This document shows, piece after piece, positions 18,995 to 28,203 of a DNA stretch of 64,000 nt. The notes under the pieces were generated by a model. The model worked only from the letters and a program-made list of their open reading frames with translations. It had not been told where the DNA came from and did no database searches. The DNA is from a virus. Position 1 is the first letter of the stretch, and each line of letters starts with the position of its first letter. The stretch spans positions 1-64,000 of the IMG/VR virus record IMGVR_UViG_3300025121_000027, one strand, 5' to 3'. The position numbers and the translations under genes were made by a program.

Positions 18995-19910
18995 TTAAGT
19001 TAGTCTCCTTTTTTATTTTAGAAAAAAATGATTTCTTGATATACATATTTGATTTTTTGGTATGGCCGCTTCCTAAAATAGTGCGATTATAAAACCAAGA
19101 CATTATTCTTAATCTCTCTTGCTCGGACCATCCAAGTTCTTTTTGTTCTTCTGTTATCTTGTTTTTATACATAGCGTCCGATCTTCTAAACCACATAGGA
19201 ATAGGCATGATGCCACTTTTTTCTATAAACATGCATCTTGCCCATGCCTCTTGCGGATCGGAATTAAAACCAATAAGAGCATAAGACCTTATATTAGAAC
19301 GCTTGACGCCTAAATCAGTAAGCAGTTTGACCGCTGAAATCCATTTGTCTATATAAGAATTATCATCAAGGGCTATTCGTAAAACAGCTTTTTTGATTCT
19401 GGCGAATTGTCTCGCGTGATACTTCGTTAAAATTCTAACGTCGATGCCGCCATTAAAATCAGCCCATCCCCACTCATCTACCAGCCCATTAATAACCTTT
19501 TGAAAATGACTTCCAGACGAAGCCAAGATATTGTTGTCGCAAACGATAGGTAGGTTTGGCCATTCATCAAGTTCTGTAAACTTGCCTTCTGTTTTTCTTA
19601 CAAGACAGAACTTGCACTTCCTTATACACCCATAGGTTGTTTTGGTTGCCAGCGGTTCGAATCTCTGTAAAACTCCTTTGATATCTCCCGTATCGACAGT
19701 AACTCCAGAAATACCAGAAAGAAAAGAAGGCATAGCCTTAACAGCAGGGCCACCAACTACAACAGGAGAAAACTTATAAGAAGTTTTCAAGTGTGATTTT
19801 AATTTAGGAAGTAGCCAAGTGAATGGGACGCTTATAAAAGTCGTCCCATTCACTTCCCACTGTATCCAAGACTTTGGCCACTTTGCTTTTCTATACTTTT
19901 GCTTGTTCAA
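18987..19910 (-). CDS. Radical SAM protein
   Basis: VGGPA; TTYGCIRKCKFC (CxxxCxxC); DNNIL. Confidence 0.85.
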   Translation of the reverse strand: MNKQKYRKAKWPKSWIQWEVNGTTFISVPFTWLLPKLKSHLKTSYKFSPVVVGGPAVKAMPSFLSGISGVTVDTGDIKGVLQRFEPLATKTTYGCIRKCKFCLVRKTEGKFTELDEWPNLPIVCDNNILASSGSHFQKVINGLVDEWGWADFNGGIDVRILTKYHARQFARIKKAVLRIALDDNSYIDKWISAVKLLTDLGVKRSNIRSYALIGFNSDPQEAWARCMFIEKSGIMPIPMWFRRSDAMYKNKITEEQKELGWSEQERLRIMSWFYNRTILGSGHTKKSNMYIKKSFFSKIKKETNLNG

Positions 19911-20596
19911 ATTTTGCCTTTTTCAATGCGATATTTATAGGTAGCAACATGCAGGTGGGTGGTTACGGCGCCTTGGAAATTCTTTCTAACAAGGTCTGCA
20001 ATTTGTTGATTGGTCATACTTTTAAACTTGCCAGACTTGACACCTTCAGCGATGAATTTGCCGACTCCAATGGGTTTTTTGCCATTTTGTTTGTCTGGTT
20101 TTTTTGTTACTTCTTTTTCTACATCATTCTTTTTTGTCTCTGCCTTGGTGTCTTCTTTCCCCTTTTCTTTTTTAGGTTTTTTGGTTTCCGCTACTTTCTT
20201 TTCAGGCTCCGGCTCGACTGGTTTGGTTTCAACTACCGGCTCCACTTTCGCTTTAGCTTTCCCGCCTTTCTTTTTCGCGGCTTTCTCAACAACAGGAGCT
20301 TCTTCTACAACAGACTCATCAATCTTTTCAGGTTCGCATACACAGGGGACTCCAAACAGATTGGCAACATCAATATCAAGAACGCGCATCAATTCAATTT
20401 CATCAGCAGAGAATTTGTCCTTGTCTTCTGGAAGCAGATCTTCATTTGCAGTTTTAATAATCTCTTCTGTCATTGCTTTTATAGTATGGGTTTTCTTTGT
20501 ATCATACATAATAGGATCATCTGGAGAAAGAATCTTCTCGTTAAAAGTCTTCACCAGTCCAGCAAGCATAGCTTTTGTAACATCGGATTTGTTCAT
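19907..20596 (-). CDS. Lys/Glu-rich hypothetical protein, possibly DNA-binding
   Basis: Start reassigned to MNKSD at 20596 (AAGGA RBS), because promoter copy 3 overlaps the track start. Confidence 0.6.
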   Translation of the reverse strand: MNKSDVTKAMLAGLVKTFNEKILSPDDPIMYDTKKTHTIKAMTEEIIKTANEDLLPEDKDKFSADEIELMRVLDIDVANLFGVPCVCEPEKIDESVVEEAPVVEKAAKKKGGKAKAKVEPVVETKPVEPEPEKKVAETKKPKKEKGKEDTKAETKKNDVEKEVTKKPDKQNGKKPIGVGKFIAEGVKSGKFKSMTNQQIADLVRKNFQGAVTTHLHVATYKYRIEKGKI

Positions 20597-20647
20597 GAAG
20601 CATTCCTTTCGAGTATGTTTTTTAGTATGTGGTAGCGGATTCATATC

Positions 20648-20676
20648 ATTATAATAAGACATTCCAAAAAAATAAA
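20648..20676 (-). promoter_or_regulatory. Phage promoter motif, copy 3
   Basis: TTTATTTT-N12-TATTATAAT. Confidence 0.75.
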
Positions 20677-20701
20677 GGGCATCAAAAAATAAATTTATTT
20701 T

Positions 20702-21316
20702 TCAAAAGCTATTGATTTCGTTGCATTTTTCCTCGGCTATTCTTTTTTTAACTATTTGGTAACACTCGTTTGAGCAATACTTTCTTTTTCTAAAAGCCCA
20801 AATTTGTTCAAGTTTGCCACTGTCATATCTTTTTCTTTTGATTTGTTTCTTGCATTCTTCACAATATATAATAGGTTCACAAAATTTGCGCGGTCTATTT
20901 GTTCCGCCAATTGGATTTATATCACCTGTTTTTGCAAGCTTTCTTCTTATCGTGCCGGTACTAACTTTTATTTTTTTGCTTATAGCTGTCAGGCTCATTT
21001 TCTTTTCATCATATAAATATCTAAGCCAAGCACAAAAATCATCCTCAAAGCCAGCTTCTCTGCTGAGAAACATTAGTTTATAATCTGTTTGATTCTTTGT
21101 TTGGTATGTATCATCTATAGATACATCTTTTAAAAGTTCCCATCTTTCTTTATCTTCTAATATATATCGAGGCAGCAGCCGAGAATCTTCGATAGAATAA
21201 TCATATAAAATTCTTACGATGCAATAAAGACAATCATGGAATTTATCTTTATCTTCGTCCTTATTTTCACAATCAGCGCAAGGACTTCTTCTGGCTGGTG
21301 GAGTCATTGATATCAT
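20702..21316 (-). CDS. Zinc-finger/HTH hypothetical protein
   Basis: SPCxxC..CxxC, HTH MSLTAISKKIKVSTGTIRR, C-terminal CxxC..YCS.EC. Confidence 0.6.
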   Translation of the reverse strand: MISMTPPARRSPCADCENKDEDKDKFHDCLYCIVRILYDYSIEDSRLLPRYILEDKERWELLKDVSIDDTYQTKNQTDYKLMFLSREAGFEDDFCAWLRYLYDEKKMSLTAISKKIKVSTGTIRRKLAKTGDINPIGGTNRPRKFCEPIIYCEECKKQIKRKRYDSGKLEQIWAFRKRKYCSNECYQIVKKRIAEEKCNEINSF

Positions 21317-22857
21317 TTACCCCACCATGAATCCAGATATGGCCTTCCGATAGAAAGACAATTTAAAATCCACAATTGACCAGTAGCAGAGTATTCGTCA
21401 TCTCTTTTTTTGCCCAATAGAATACGGTATAAACCAGAATCCTTTTCTTGTTCTTTCTGATTTACCATCATAGATAAATCGCATTCGTTTAAACCAGCAA
21501 CACCTTCTTGCCAGTTACCACGCTTTAAATCTTTGCCGTCTCTTACTGTGTTTCCTTGGTGGCCTGTTATGGCGAGTATATTTCTTTCCTGCGCGATAGA
21601 TTTATGATCGATAAAGACATCTTCTATTCCATGTCTTTTCTCTGAATATCTTTGGGACGGTATCATCTTATTTGCATAGTCTGTTATCAGAATGCTTGGG
21701 ATAATATTCTCATACTCTTCTAAGTTTTGAAGATACATTCTCAAATCATCCATGGACTTTGATCTGGCCGGCCAGCGAACAAAGATAAACTTTCCTGCTC
21801 TCTTGTTTATTCTATCAAACAAATTGCGAATTTTTAGAGCACTTGGTAGGTCCAGCTTCTTTCTCTTCTCTTTCTTCATAAAAGTCGAAGGCTCGAAAGA
21901 AAACCTTTGTTTATTATTAGTGTTCTGGCAAGCTGTACACGGTTTATAATCCGTTGGATAGTTATCAGGGGTGCAAGCAGTACCAGCTAAACTTATTAAA
22001 CTCTTTTTATTTGTTCTACTGTTCGGATGTGGGCACAACCCGTTCTGATTTAGATTGCAGTCCCATTGCGGAATATAAATACTGCCTTCTTTCTTCGGCA
22101 GTCCAGTTACCCATTGATAAGAGCGAGTAACGATCTGTGGCTGGCTCATTTCAAAAGAGACATAAAGAACATCTTGCCCGCTCATGACTCCCCACCAAGC
22201 ACACTGTAGGAGCCACCAGGACTTTCCTACTCCTGTATTACCGACAAAAGCGACAAGCATTTCTCTTTCAAGATCGCCAACTATTCTACCAAATTCTCCA
22301 GGAAATTTGAGCACTACCCGATTAGAAGAGTTTTCGGAAAAGGTTTCTACCAGCGGATCAATATCTCTAAATATATCTATTCCTCTTGTCTTTTGGCGAA
22401 CAACTCTTTGGTATGTTTTCGCCAGCGCTTCTCCTTCTTCTATATTATTGCTTATGATAGATTTATTTAGAGACACCCTCAAATCGTCCAAAGAACAAAG
22501 CCTGAAATGTTCTTCGGTTTGTTTGAGAAGATATTCAACATTTAAATTTCCTGCTTGCTCATACTCTTCTGATATCTCTGTGAGAAAGTCTGTTATTTCA
22601 TCTGCTGTTTCTTGCTGGAAATTTACTTTTGTTTTTGCGTGAAAGATATCTTGAATGTGTAGTCCTGGGCATAGCTTAAACTCTTGATAGTATTCAAGGC
22701 ACCATTCCGCAATCGTCTTTACGAATTTAAGTTTTAAAGAGTTTTGTCTGTATATCTCTTTTACTTGCCTCAAATAGTCCGAGTTGGTAATCATCGCTGT
22801 TACGATACGCCGTTCAAGCCTATTATCCGGCGGCTTTAACCTTGAAATGATTGGCAT
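21313..22857 (-). CDS. dnaB: DnaB-like replicative helicase
   Basis: GNTGVGKS, VSFEMS, ITDYA and GHQGN motifs. Confidence 0.85.
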   Translation of the reverse strand: MPIISRLKPPDNRLERRIVTAMITNSDYLRQVKEIYRQNSLKLKFVKTIAEWCLEYYQEFKLCPGLHIQDIFHAKTKVNFQQETADEITDFLTEISEEYEQAGNLNVEYLLKQTEEHFRLCSLDDLRVSLNKSIISNNIEEGEALAKTYQRVVRQKTRGIDIFRDIDPLVETFSENSSNRVVLKFPGEFGRIVGDLEREMLVAFVGNTGVGKSWWLLQCAWWGVMSGQDVLYVSFEMSQPQIVTRSYQWVTGLPKKEGSIYIPQWDCNLNQNGLCPHPNSRTNKKSLISLAGTACTPDNYPTDYKPCTACQNTNNKQRFSFEPSTFMKKEKRKKLDLPSALKIRNLFDRINKRAGKFIFVRWPARSKSMDDLRMYLQNLEEYENIIPSILITDYANKMIPSQRYSEKRHGIEDVFIDHKSIAQERNILAITGHQGNTVRDGKDLKRGNWQEGVAGLNECDLSMMVNQKEQEKDSGLYRILLGKKRDDEYSATGQLWILNCLSIGRPYLDSWWGK

Positions 22858-22863
22858 AGTATA

Positions 22864-23604
22864 TCAATTTTTCCCAAGATACCAGTTTTGAATAAACTCT
22901 TCTTTTGAAGAGTTTTTAATTTTTTGATCTTTCCATACTCTTGCCTCAAAGAGTTTTGACATTGCTCTTTCAAAAGCTAAATACATTTTCGGCCATTTGT
23001 TTTTATGTTTAAGCAATTTCGCTTGATTTTTACCGCATATAAAAGGACAAACTACACAACCAATTCTATTAAATCCTTCATCATATAAATTACAATACTT
23101 TAAATTATTTATTTCTATATAATCCCATATTTCCCACTCTGAAAATTTAAATATAGGTTTATAAATAATATTCTTTTGAAATTTATCTATTCTTGGTTTT
23201 TGTCTTCTTTTAAAAGATTCTTCTGCCCTTAGCCCCATTAATCTATGTTTAAGTTCTATTTTTTTTGCAGGAATCTTTTTCAGGGCATCGCAACACCATC
23301 GAAACTTCTTCGTAGGATATCCCTTTTTTACAATCAATTCATAAAAAGATTTCTCTGGCCTTAAAAATATTACTTCTGGATAATTTTGTTTAATGAATTT
23401 AACAACTTCTGGAGGATCAATTCCGGTTGCAGAATAGTAGCTCTGATATTTAACTCCAGAAACTTTCGTTAAATGCTCAAGAACAACAGAGTCTTTACCT
23501 CCAGAAAATCCAAGAAAATAACCTTCAGGCGGTTCATTCTTTTTTATAAACTCTATCGCTTCTATATAAGGATCAAAATAACATCTTAGTTTATCTTTTG
23601 GCAT
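22864..23604 (-). CDS. Phosphoadenosine phosphosulfate reductase family (PP-loop) protein
   Basis: GFSGGKDS, RWCC..LK, GLRAEES.RR and RIGCVVCP. Confidence 0.88.
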   Translation of the reverse strand: MPKDKLRCYFDPYIEAIEFIKKNEPPEGYFLGFSGGKDSVVLEHLTKVSGVKYQSYYSATGIDPPEVVKFIKQNYPEVIFLRPEKSFYELIVKKGYPTKKFRWCCDALKKIPAKKIELKHRLMGLRAEESFKRRQKPRIDKFQKNIIYKPIFKFSEWEIWDYIEINNLKYCNLYDEGFNRIGCVVCPFICGKNQAKLLKHKNKWPKMYLAFERAMSKLFEARVWKDQKIKNSSKEEFIQNWYLGKN

Positions 23605-23612
23605 AGTATATC

Positions 23613-23858
23613 TTATCTTCTATCAGAAGCATAGATTATTTGTTGAATAGGAATACCGAGAAGTTCTTTTAATTTTCTATCTATAAATGGGTGTGTATAT
23701 GAACCAGCTTGAATTAAATTATCATAGCTTTCTCTGGCTTTACACGCTCCGCAAGTAGCATTGCGGACTTTAGAGATGCCAAACAAATGAATACCGCATT
23801 CATTGCATGGGCTAACCGGCTCTATACCTTTGATCGCGATAGTGCGTACTTGTTCCAT
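23613..23858 (-). CDS. Small Cys-rich hypothetical protein
   Basis: SPCNEC...CGACKARESYD. Confidence 0.55.
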   Translation of the reverse strand: MEQVRTIAIKGIEPVSPCNECGIHLFGISKVRNATCGACKARESYDNLIQAGSYTHPFIDRKLKELLGIPIQQIIYASDRR

Positions 23859-24832
23859 TGTTCTCTCGTTTCTATGAAATTATTACAACTTTCCTCAAGG
23901 AAAAATAATATTTGATCTTCAACACTTCTTCTTTCTGCTTGCGCTATTACCTTTATATCTTCTGCTAAACCATGATCTTTTTCAAAAGATAGAATAATAA
24001 ATTCTTTTTTATTTAATTTAGATATCTCTTCTTGTTTTTGTGTTTTATTTTCTTGTATTTGCTTTGGTTTATTTCTTTGCTTACCCCAACAATTAGCGCA
24101 AACTTTAACTTTTCTATTAGTTGGAATCATAGCTCCGCATTTACATCTTCGCGGAGGAACAACTCCTTCAATTGCTTCTATATCTTTTTCTTTTTCTGGC
24201 AGATAAGTAATAATTCCTTGTGGTGCTGGGCAACCTTCTACTTTTAGCGCCGTTATACTTTGATTGTCTTCCATATATTTTTTGCCTCTTTTTACAATCA
24301 TAATACAGGCTTGAGCATATATTTGACTAATTCTGGATTCTGTAACTCCAAGCTCAAAACCAAGTTCTTTCATTGTTTTTTCTTCGCTTACAATACTTTT
24401 AACAATATATCTTTTTCTTTCTGAAAAAGTATCTATCAAATTAGATAGTATTTTTGAATGTTGTTTTGAACAATATGATTCTTCTGTATTTATTTTAGAT
24501 TTGACAGAAAGACAATTTTCAATTGGAACATGTGTTGGGTTATCTTCGCCATTAATTTTTATTTTGATTCGATGATTTCTGGATAAATAATCATTGTCTC
24601 TTAAGAAGTTTAAAATCTCAAAATTAACTTTATGGAAAAGATATGATTTAATATTCATCCCTTTTGATGGATCAAAACTATCTACAGCTTTTATTAAACC
24701 TTCATATGCAGTGCTTTTAATTTCATCGCGTAGATTATATATGCCAGTTTTCTTAACAAACAAATAAGCGATTTTATCTGCATACTTGATATGGCTTTCT
24801 ATGGTCTGCTCTCTGTTAGGTGAACTGTACAT
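23822..24832 (-). CDS. Sigma-70 family factor (FliA/WhiG-like) with C-terminal extension
   Basis: Region 2 GLIKAVDSFDPSKG...EILNFLR; region 4 TMKELGFELGVTESRISQI. Confidence 0.88.
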   Translation of the reverse strand: MYSSPNREQTIESHIKYADKIAYLFVKKTGIYNLRDEIKSTAYEGLIKAVDSFDPSKGMNIKSYLFHKVNFEILNFLRDNDYLSRNHRIKIKINGEDNPTHVPIENCLSVKSKINTEESYCSKQHSKILSNLIDTFSERKRYIVKSIVSEEKTMKELGFELGVTESRISQIYAQACIMIVKRGKKYMEDNQSITALKVEGCPAPQGIITYLPEKEKDIEAIEGVVPPRRCKCGAMIPTNRKVKVCANCWGKQRNKPKQIQENKTQKQEEISKLNKKEFIILSFEKDHGLAEDIKVIAQAERRSVEDQILFFLEESCNNFIETREQWNKYALSRSKV

Positions 24833-25126
24833 TGTAGATTATATTTTCGCCTCTGAAATCGCTTTTCTCTAACTAACCCATAGTCAGCTATGGGTTGATA
24901 CTAAATCAGAGCATAATCGGCTTTAAATATGTTCTCTTAATCATAGACACTATAAATATTCCCAAGATCGTCCACGTCCGTTATATCAATGTTTGTTATT
25001 TTACCATTACAGACTGCCGAATATACCGAAAGAAAAAGAGTTCCTTTAAAATATCTCCAATCTACCCAAGCGCCATAAGTTTCATTTTTCGTATCCTCCA
25101 TTCTCATGTTTCCTTATTGTTATTTC

Positions 25127-25155
25127 ATTATAATAAACAAAGCTGAAAAAATAAA
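25127..25155 (-). promoter_or_regulatory. Phage promoter motif, copy 4
   Basis: TTTATTTT-N12-TATTATAAT. Confidence 0.75.
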
Positions 25156-25156
25156 A

Positions 25157-26779
25157 CTATTCGTTGTACTTCAAATATTCAACGTACTTTTTAAATGGCG
25201 CAGAGTCTCTTCCTATTCTATCTGGATCAGCATTGGACCAATTATAAGAAAGCCAATCTGCATATTCTAATATGAATTTGCGGGCAGATATAATATCCAT
25301 TTTTAAAGCTTCTTCATCTTTGTCGTTTATCTTTCTATTGTTTTTATATTCTATGATACTTCTAATTCCATATTCTAATTTACCAAGAGAAAATGGTTTG
25401 CTTGGTTTATCTAAAGCTTTCAAGATAGTACTTTGTAGATAGGCAATATATGGATACTTTGAATATTCATTTTTATTGTTGGTTTCTGATAATGGCTTTG
25501 GCGGATGTGACATTGCTTCTACAAGCCAGGATTTTCCTGTGCGCGGATTATAGATTAAGTTTTCTAAATCTCTAAAAGCTGTCTTATTCTCTGGCCAATA
25601 ACCAGGCATACTATATCGAGTCAAATGTGTTACAGCTTCTTTTAATTCTTCTAAGGGCCATTTCAAATCGAATACGTCCGCAGGCATTCTTTCCTGCCAC
25701 TTCGGATCAAAGTATTTATTCTTGCCAAACGTGCCATCGATCAATTGTTTAAAGTATAATTCTATTGTGGTGTATTTCTTTGTGCCAGTTCTATGCTTTG
25801 ATACTGTATCGCAGTCGTTCCAGATTTGAATAATAGATGGTATGATTCTATATGCTCTATTGGCCACTCTACTCTGGCGCGGCGGGCTGGCCGACGGCGG
25901 CGCGGAACATTCTACGCTTAGAGCGTTTACGCTCTTAACCGTATCAGAAAGTTTTTCAATGTTTCTTTTTGAATTTCTTTCCTGAGAATTTGTTTTTTTA
26001 TTTATGAAAGTTTTTTTGTCTTCTTGTATTCTTTGTTTTAAAAGTTGTCTTTTTTCTTTATAAGTTTTTTTCTTATTTTCATTTAAAACTTTTTCATTAG
26101 AAAAAGTTGTTATATTTTTATTTATAAAAATATTACTGTCTTTTAAAGAACTGTTTTCTATATTACTATCTTCTATATTGGGTGTGCAGGTTCTGAGTCC
26201 CCGAATACTCAGATTCTGAAGTTTCTCAATACTCAGATTCTGAAGTTTCGTATTCTCATTTTTCTTAATTTCTTCGTTTGTTTTAAAAATGTTTTTTGCG
26301 CTTGAAAATATACTATCTGTAAATCTATTTTTTTCCGATAAAGGTTTTATCATTACTTTTGATTTTGTTGATGATTGTTTTTCTCTTAAATCGTTAATCC
26401 TATCAACTGCCTTTTGTATGTCTATATTTTCTACATCCATCAATGTATAAATGCATGGCTTATGCTGAAGTTTATCTTGTCCTGTTGGTTTTAAAATACT
26501 CATAAGTCCTGCCGCTTCCATATCTTCGCAAGCAGAAACAAAAACATTTGTACTTATGCCTATGTATTCTGCCCAATCTGCTTGAGATACTCTCGGGAAT
26601 ATAGCATGGCTGTTGTTGTTGCAGAATCTTTTCATCGTAGACCAAACACTAAATGCTGTTGGTCCTATTATTCTCAGCCATTTATCTATCATATAATTAT
26701 AGGTTATAAAAAAACTTCCTGTTCGTTTTACTTGTTCATCTTTAATCTGAATAAAATTCTCTTCTTTGTGTTCTCTCAT
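25157..26779 (-). CDS. Putative replication initiator (N-terminal winged HTH)
   Basis: WLRIIGPTAFSVW..FP..S..A.YIGIS winged-helix start; internal DNA direct repeats; upstream of the helicase. Confidence 0.55.
   Translation of the reverse strand: MREHKEENFIQIKDEQVKRTGSFFITYNYMIDKWLRIIGPTAFSVWSTMKRFCNNNSHAIFPRVSQADWAEYIGISTNVFVSACEDMEAAGLMSILKPTGQDKLQHKPCIYTLMDVENIDIQKAVDRINDLREKQSSTKSKVMIKPLSEKNRFTDSIFSSAKNIFKTNEEIKKNENTKLQNLSIEKLQNLSIRGLRTCTPNIEDSNIENSSLKDSNIFINKNITTFSNEKVLNENKKKTYKEKRQLLKQRIQEDKKTFINKKTNSQERNSKRNIEKLSDTVKSVNALSVECSAPPSASPPRQSRVANRAYRIIPSIIQIWNDCDTVSKHRTGTKKYTTIELYFKQLIDGTFGKNKYFDPKWQERMPADVFDLKWPLEELKEAVTHLTRYSMPGYWPENKTAFRDLENLIYNPRTGKSWLVEAMSHPPKPLSETNNKNEYSKYPYIAYLQSTILKALDKPSKPFSLGKLEYGIRSIIEYKNNRKINDKDEEALKMDIISARKFILEYADWLSYNWSNADPDRIGRDSAPFKKYVEYLKYNE
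26204..26249. repeat. Two 22-bp direct repeats (24-nt period), iteron-like
   Basis: AATACTCAGATTCTGAAGTTTC at 26204 and 26228. Confidence 0.8.
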
Positions 26780-26823
26780 TTAAGTTTTCCTTTGGTTGTC
26801 TTACTATTCATTTTTATTTTTCT

Positions 26824-27192
26824 TCATTTGCAAAATCTAAGAATAGCCTTAAATTTATCAAATTGTTCGTGATTTGTTTTTAAATATCTATGTCTTCCGT
26901 CTGTCTTTTTAACTTCTTGAATAAGTCCTAATTCTTTTAGATTTAGAATATATCTTGTTATAGATGCTTCACCGACACCTAAAAAATCCGCGAAATAAGA
27001 ATTGCTTGCAACACATACTCCCCCATCTTGGGATAGACAGTCTATTTCAAGCCATAATATTTTTTCAGGCCAGCTTAATGAGGATAGATGTATTTCCTCA
27101 GGAACCCAAATACCTTTCCGCAATCTATTCTTTCTTATCGCGTTTAAATTTATAGATAGTTCTTTGTTTTCTTCTTTCATTTTTTTCTCCAT
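26824..27192 (-). CDS. Winged HTH DNA-binding protein
   Basis: GIWVPEEI..LSWPEKIL..CVASNSYFADFLGV..I.NLKELGLI. Confidence 0.75.
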   Translation of the reverse strand: MEKKMKEENKELSINLNAIRKNRLRKGIWVPEEIHLSSLSWPEKILWLEIDCLSQDGGVCVASNSYFADFLGVGEASITRYILNLKELGLIQEVKKTDGRHRYLKTNHEQFDKFKAILRFCK

Positions 27193-27215
27193 TTTTTTTG
27201 ATTTGAAATTTATTT

Positions 27216-27262
27216 TCGGCCAAATCCAGAATTAAACCACATCCAATTCTGGATTTGGCCGA
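27216..27262. terminator. 18-bp perfect hairpin (terminator or regulatory stem)
   Basis: TCGGCCAAATCCAGAATT-11nt-AATTCTGGATTTGGCCGA. Confidence 0.65.
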
Positions 27263-27268
27263 CTTGTT

Positions 27269-27778
27269 TTATTCTTGAATTTTCAATATCGGAATATAAA
27301 TCTCACTTCCATTCGACATTTCTACTTCCAGAATATCAATAACTCTTGTTGATTTAAATCCATCTCCATTCTTTATATTGTTAAAATAAGACAATGGAAC
27401 CTTACCATTAAAGGCATTATGCTTTTTAGATATCTTAAAATACAACTCTTCGGACACTTGAACGGAAATAAATCCCCAGTTTGTTCTATTGGAATGAGCA
27501 CACTCACTATTTGGCATGTAAGAAAAGATAAGATTATTCGGCTTGACGGCTTGAATTAAACTAAAATACCCTTCACAGAAAGGAGCGAACACTCCGCTTC
27601 CTACTTGATCATTTCCCAATGTATAAAATCTTCCGACTATTGCGCGGATATCATCTTCATTCTTTGCGCTTTGAATATCGAAACATAAAGAGATAAGACC
27701 TTTGTTTTTGGCGAGTGAGATAGGCGGGAATGATAGAAGCTGAATACAAATAATTACTGCAAAAAATAATGTCTTCAT
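27269..27778 (-). CDS. Secreted hypothetical protein (moron-like)
   Basis: Signal peptide MKTLFFAVIICIQLLSFPPISLA; GGAGG RBS; own upstream leader and downstream hairpin. Confidence 0.6.
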   Translation of the reverse strand: MKTLFFAVIICIQLLSFPPISLAKNKGLISLCFDIQSAKNEDDIRAIVGRFYTLGNDQVGSGVFAPFCEGYFSLIQAVKPNNLIFSYMPNSECAHSNRTNWGFISVQVSEELYFKISKKHNAFNGKVPLSYFNNIKNGDGFKSTRVIDILEVEMSNGSEIYIPILKIQE

Positions 27779-27976
27779 AAAAACCCCTCCTTTCAAGGGT
27801 TAAAGTTATATGAGGGGTGGAAAGGCACCCCTCATATTTGGAAACTTTGGAGCATTGCGCTCCTCCGGTAGCTAACCGGGTTGGAAGAGATGCTACTATA
27901 GCACAAGTTGGAGCTAAATGTAACAAATAATTTTATTTGTAGTAATTTCAAACCACTACATAGTACTATAGTTCAT

Positions 27977-28189
27977 TTATTCTTCTACTTGTCGGTAGAA
28001 TACCCACTCGGCAGGGAAGTCTTTCGGCTTTAGCTTTATGGTATCTTTTCCGACAACCGCTTTCATCTCTCCTTGTTGAAATGATTTGAAAGCGTTCTTT
28101 CCAATAACTTCTTTATTACCAATCTTCCTGTAATACTTTCCATCCTTTTCAATAACCAAATCTTCAATTGTTTCAATTGCTTCTGTCAT
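27977..28189 (-). CDS. Hypothetical protein
   Basis: ORF with AAGGA RBS. Confidence 0.55.
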   Translation of the reverse strand: MTEAIETIEDLVIEKDGKYYRKIGNKEVIGKNAFKSFQQGEMKAVVGKDTIKLKPKDFPAEWVFYRQVEE

Positions 28190-28203
28190 TTTAGTTTCCT
28201 TTC

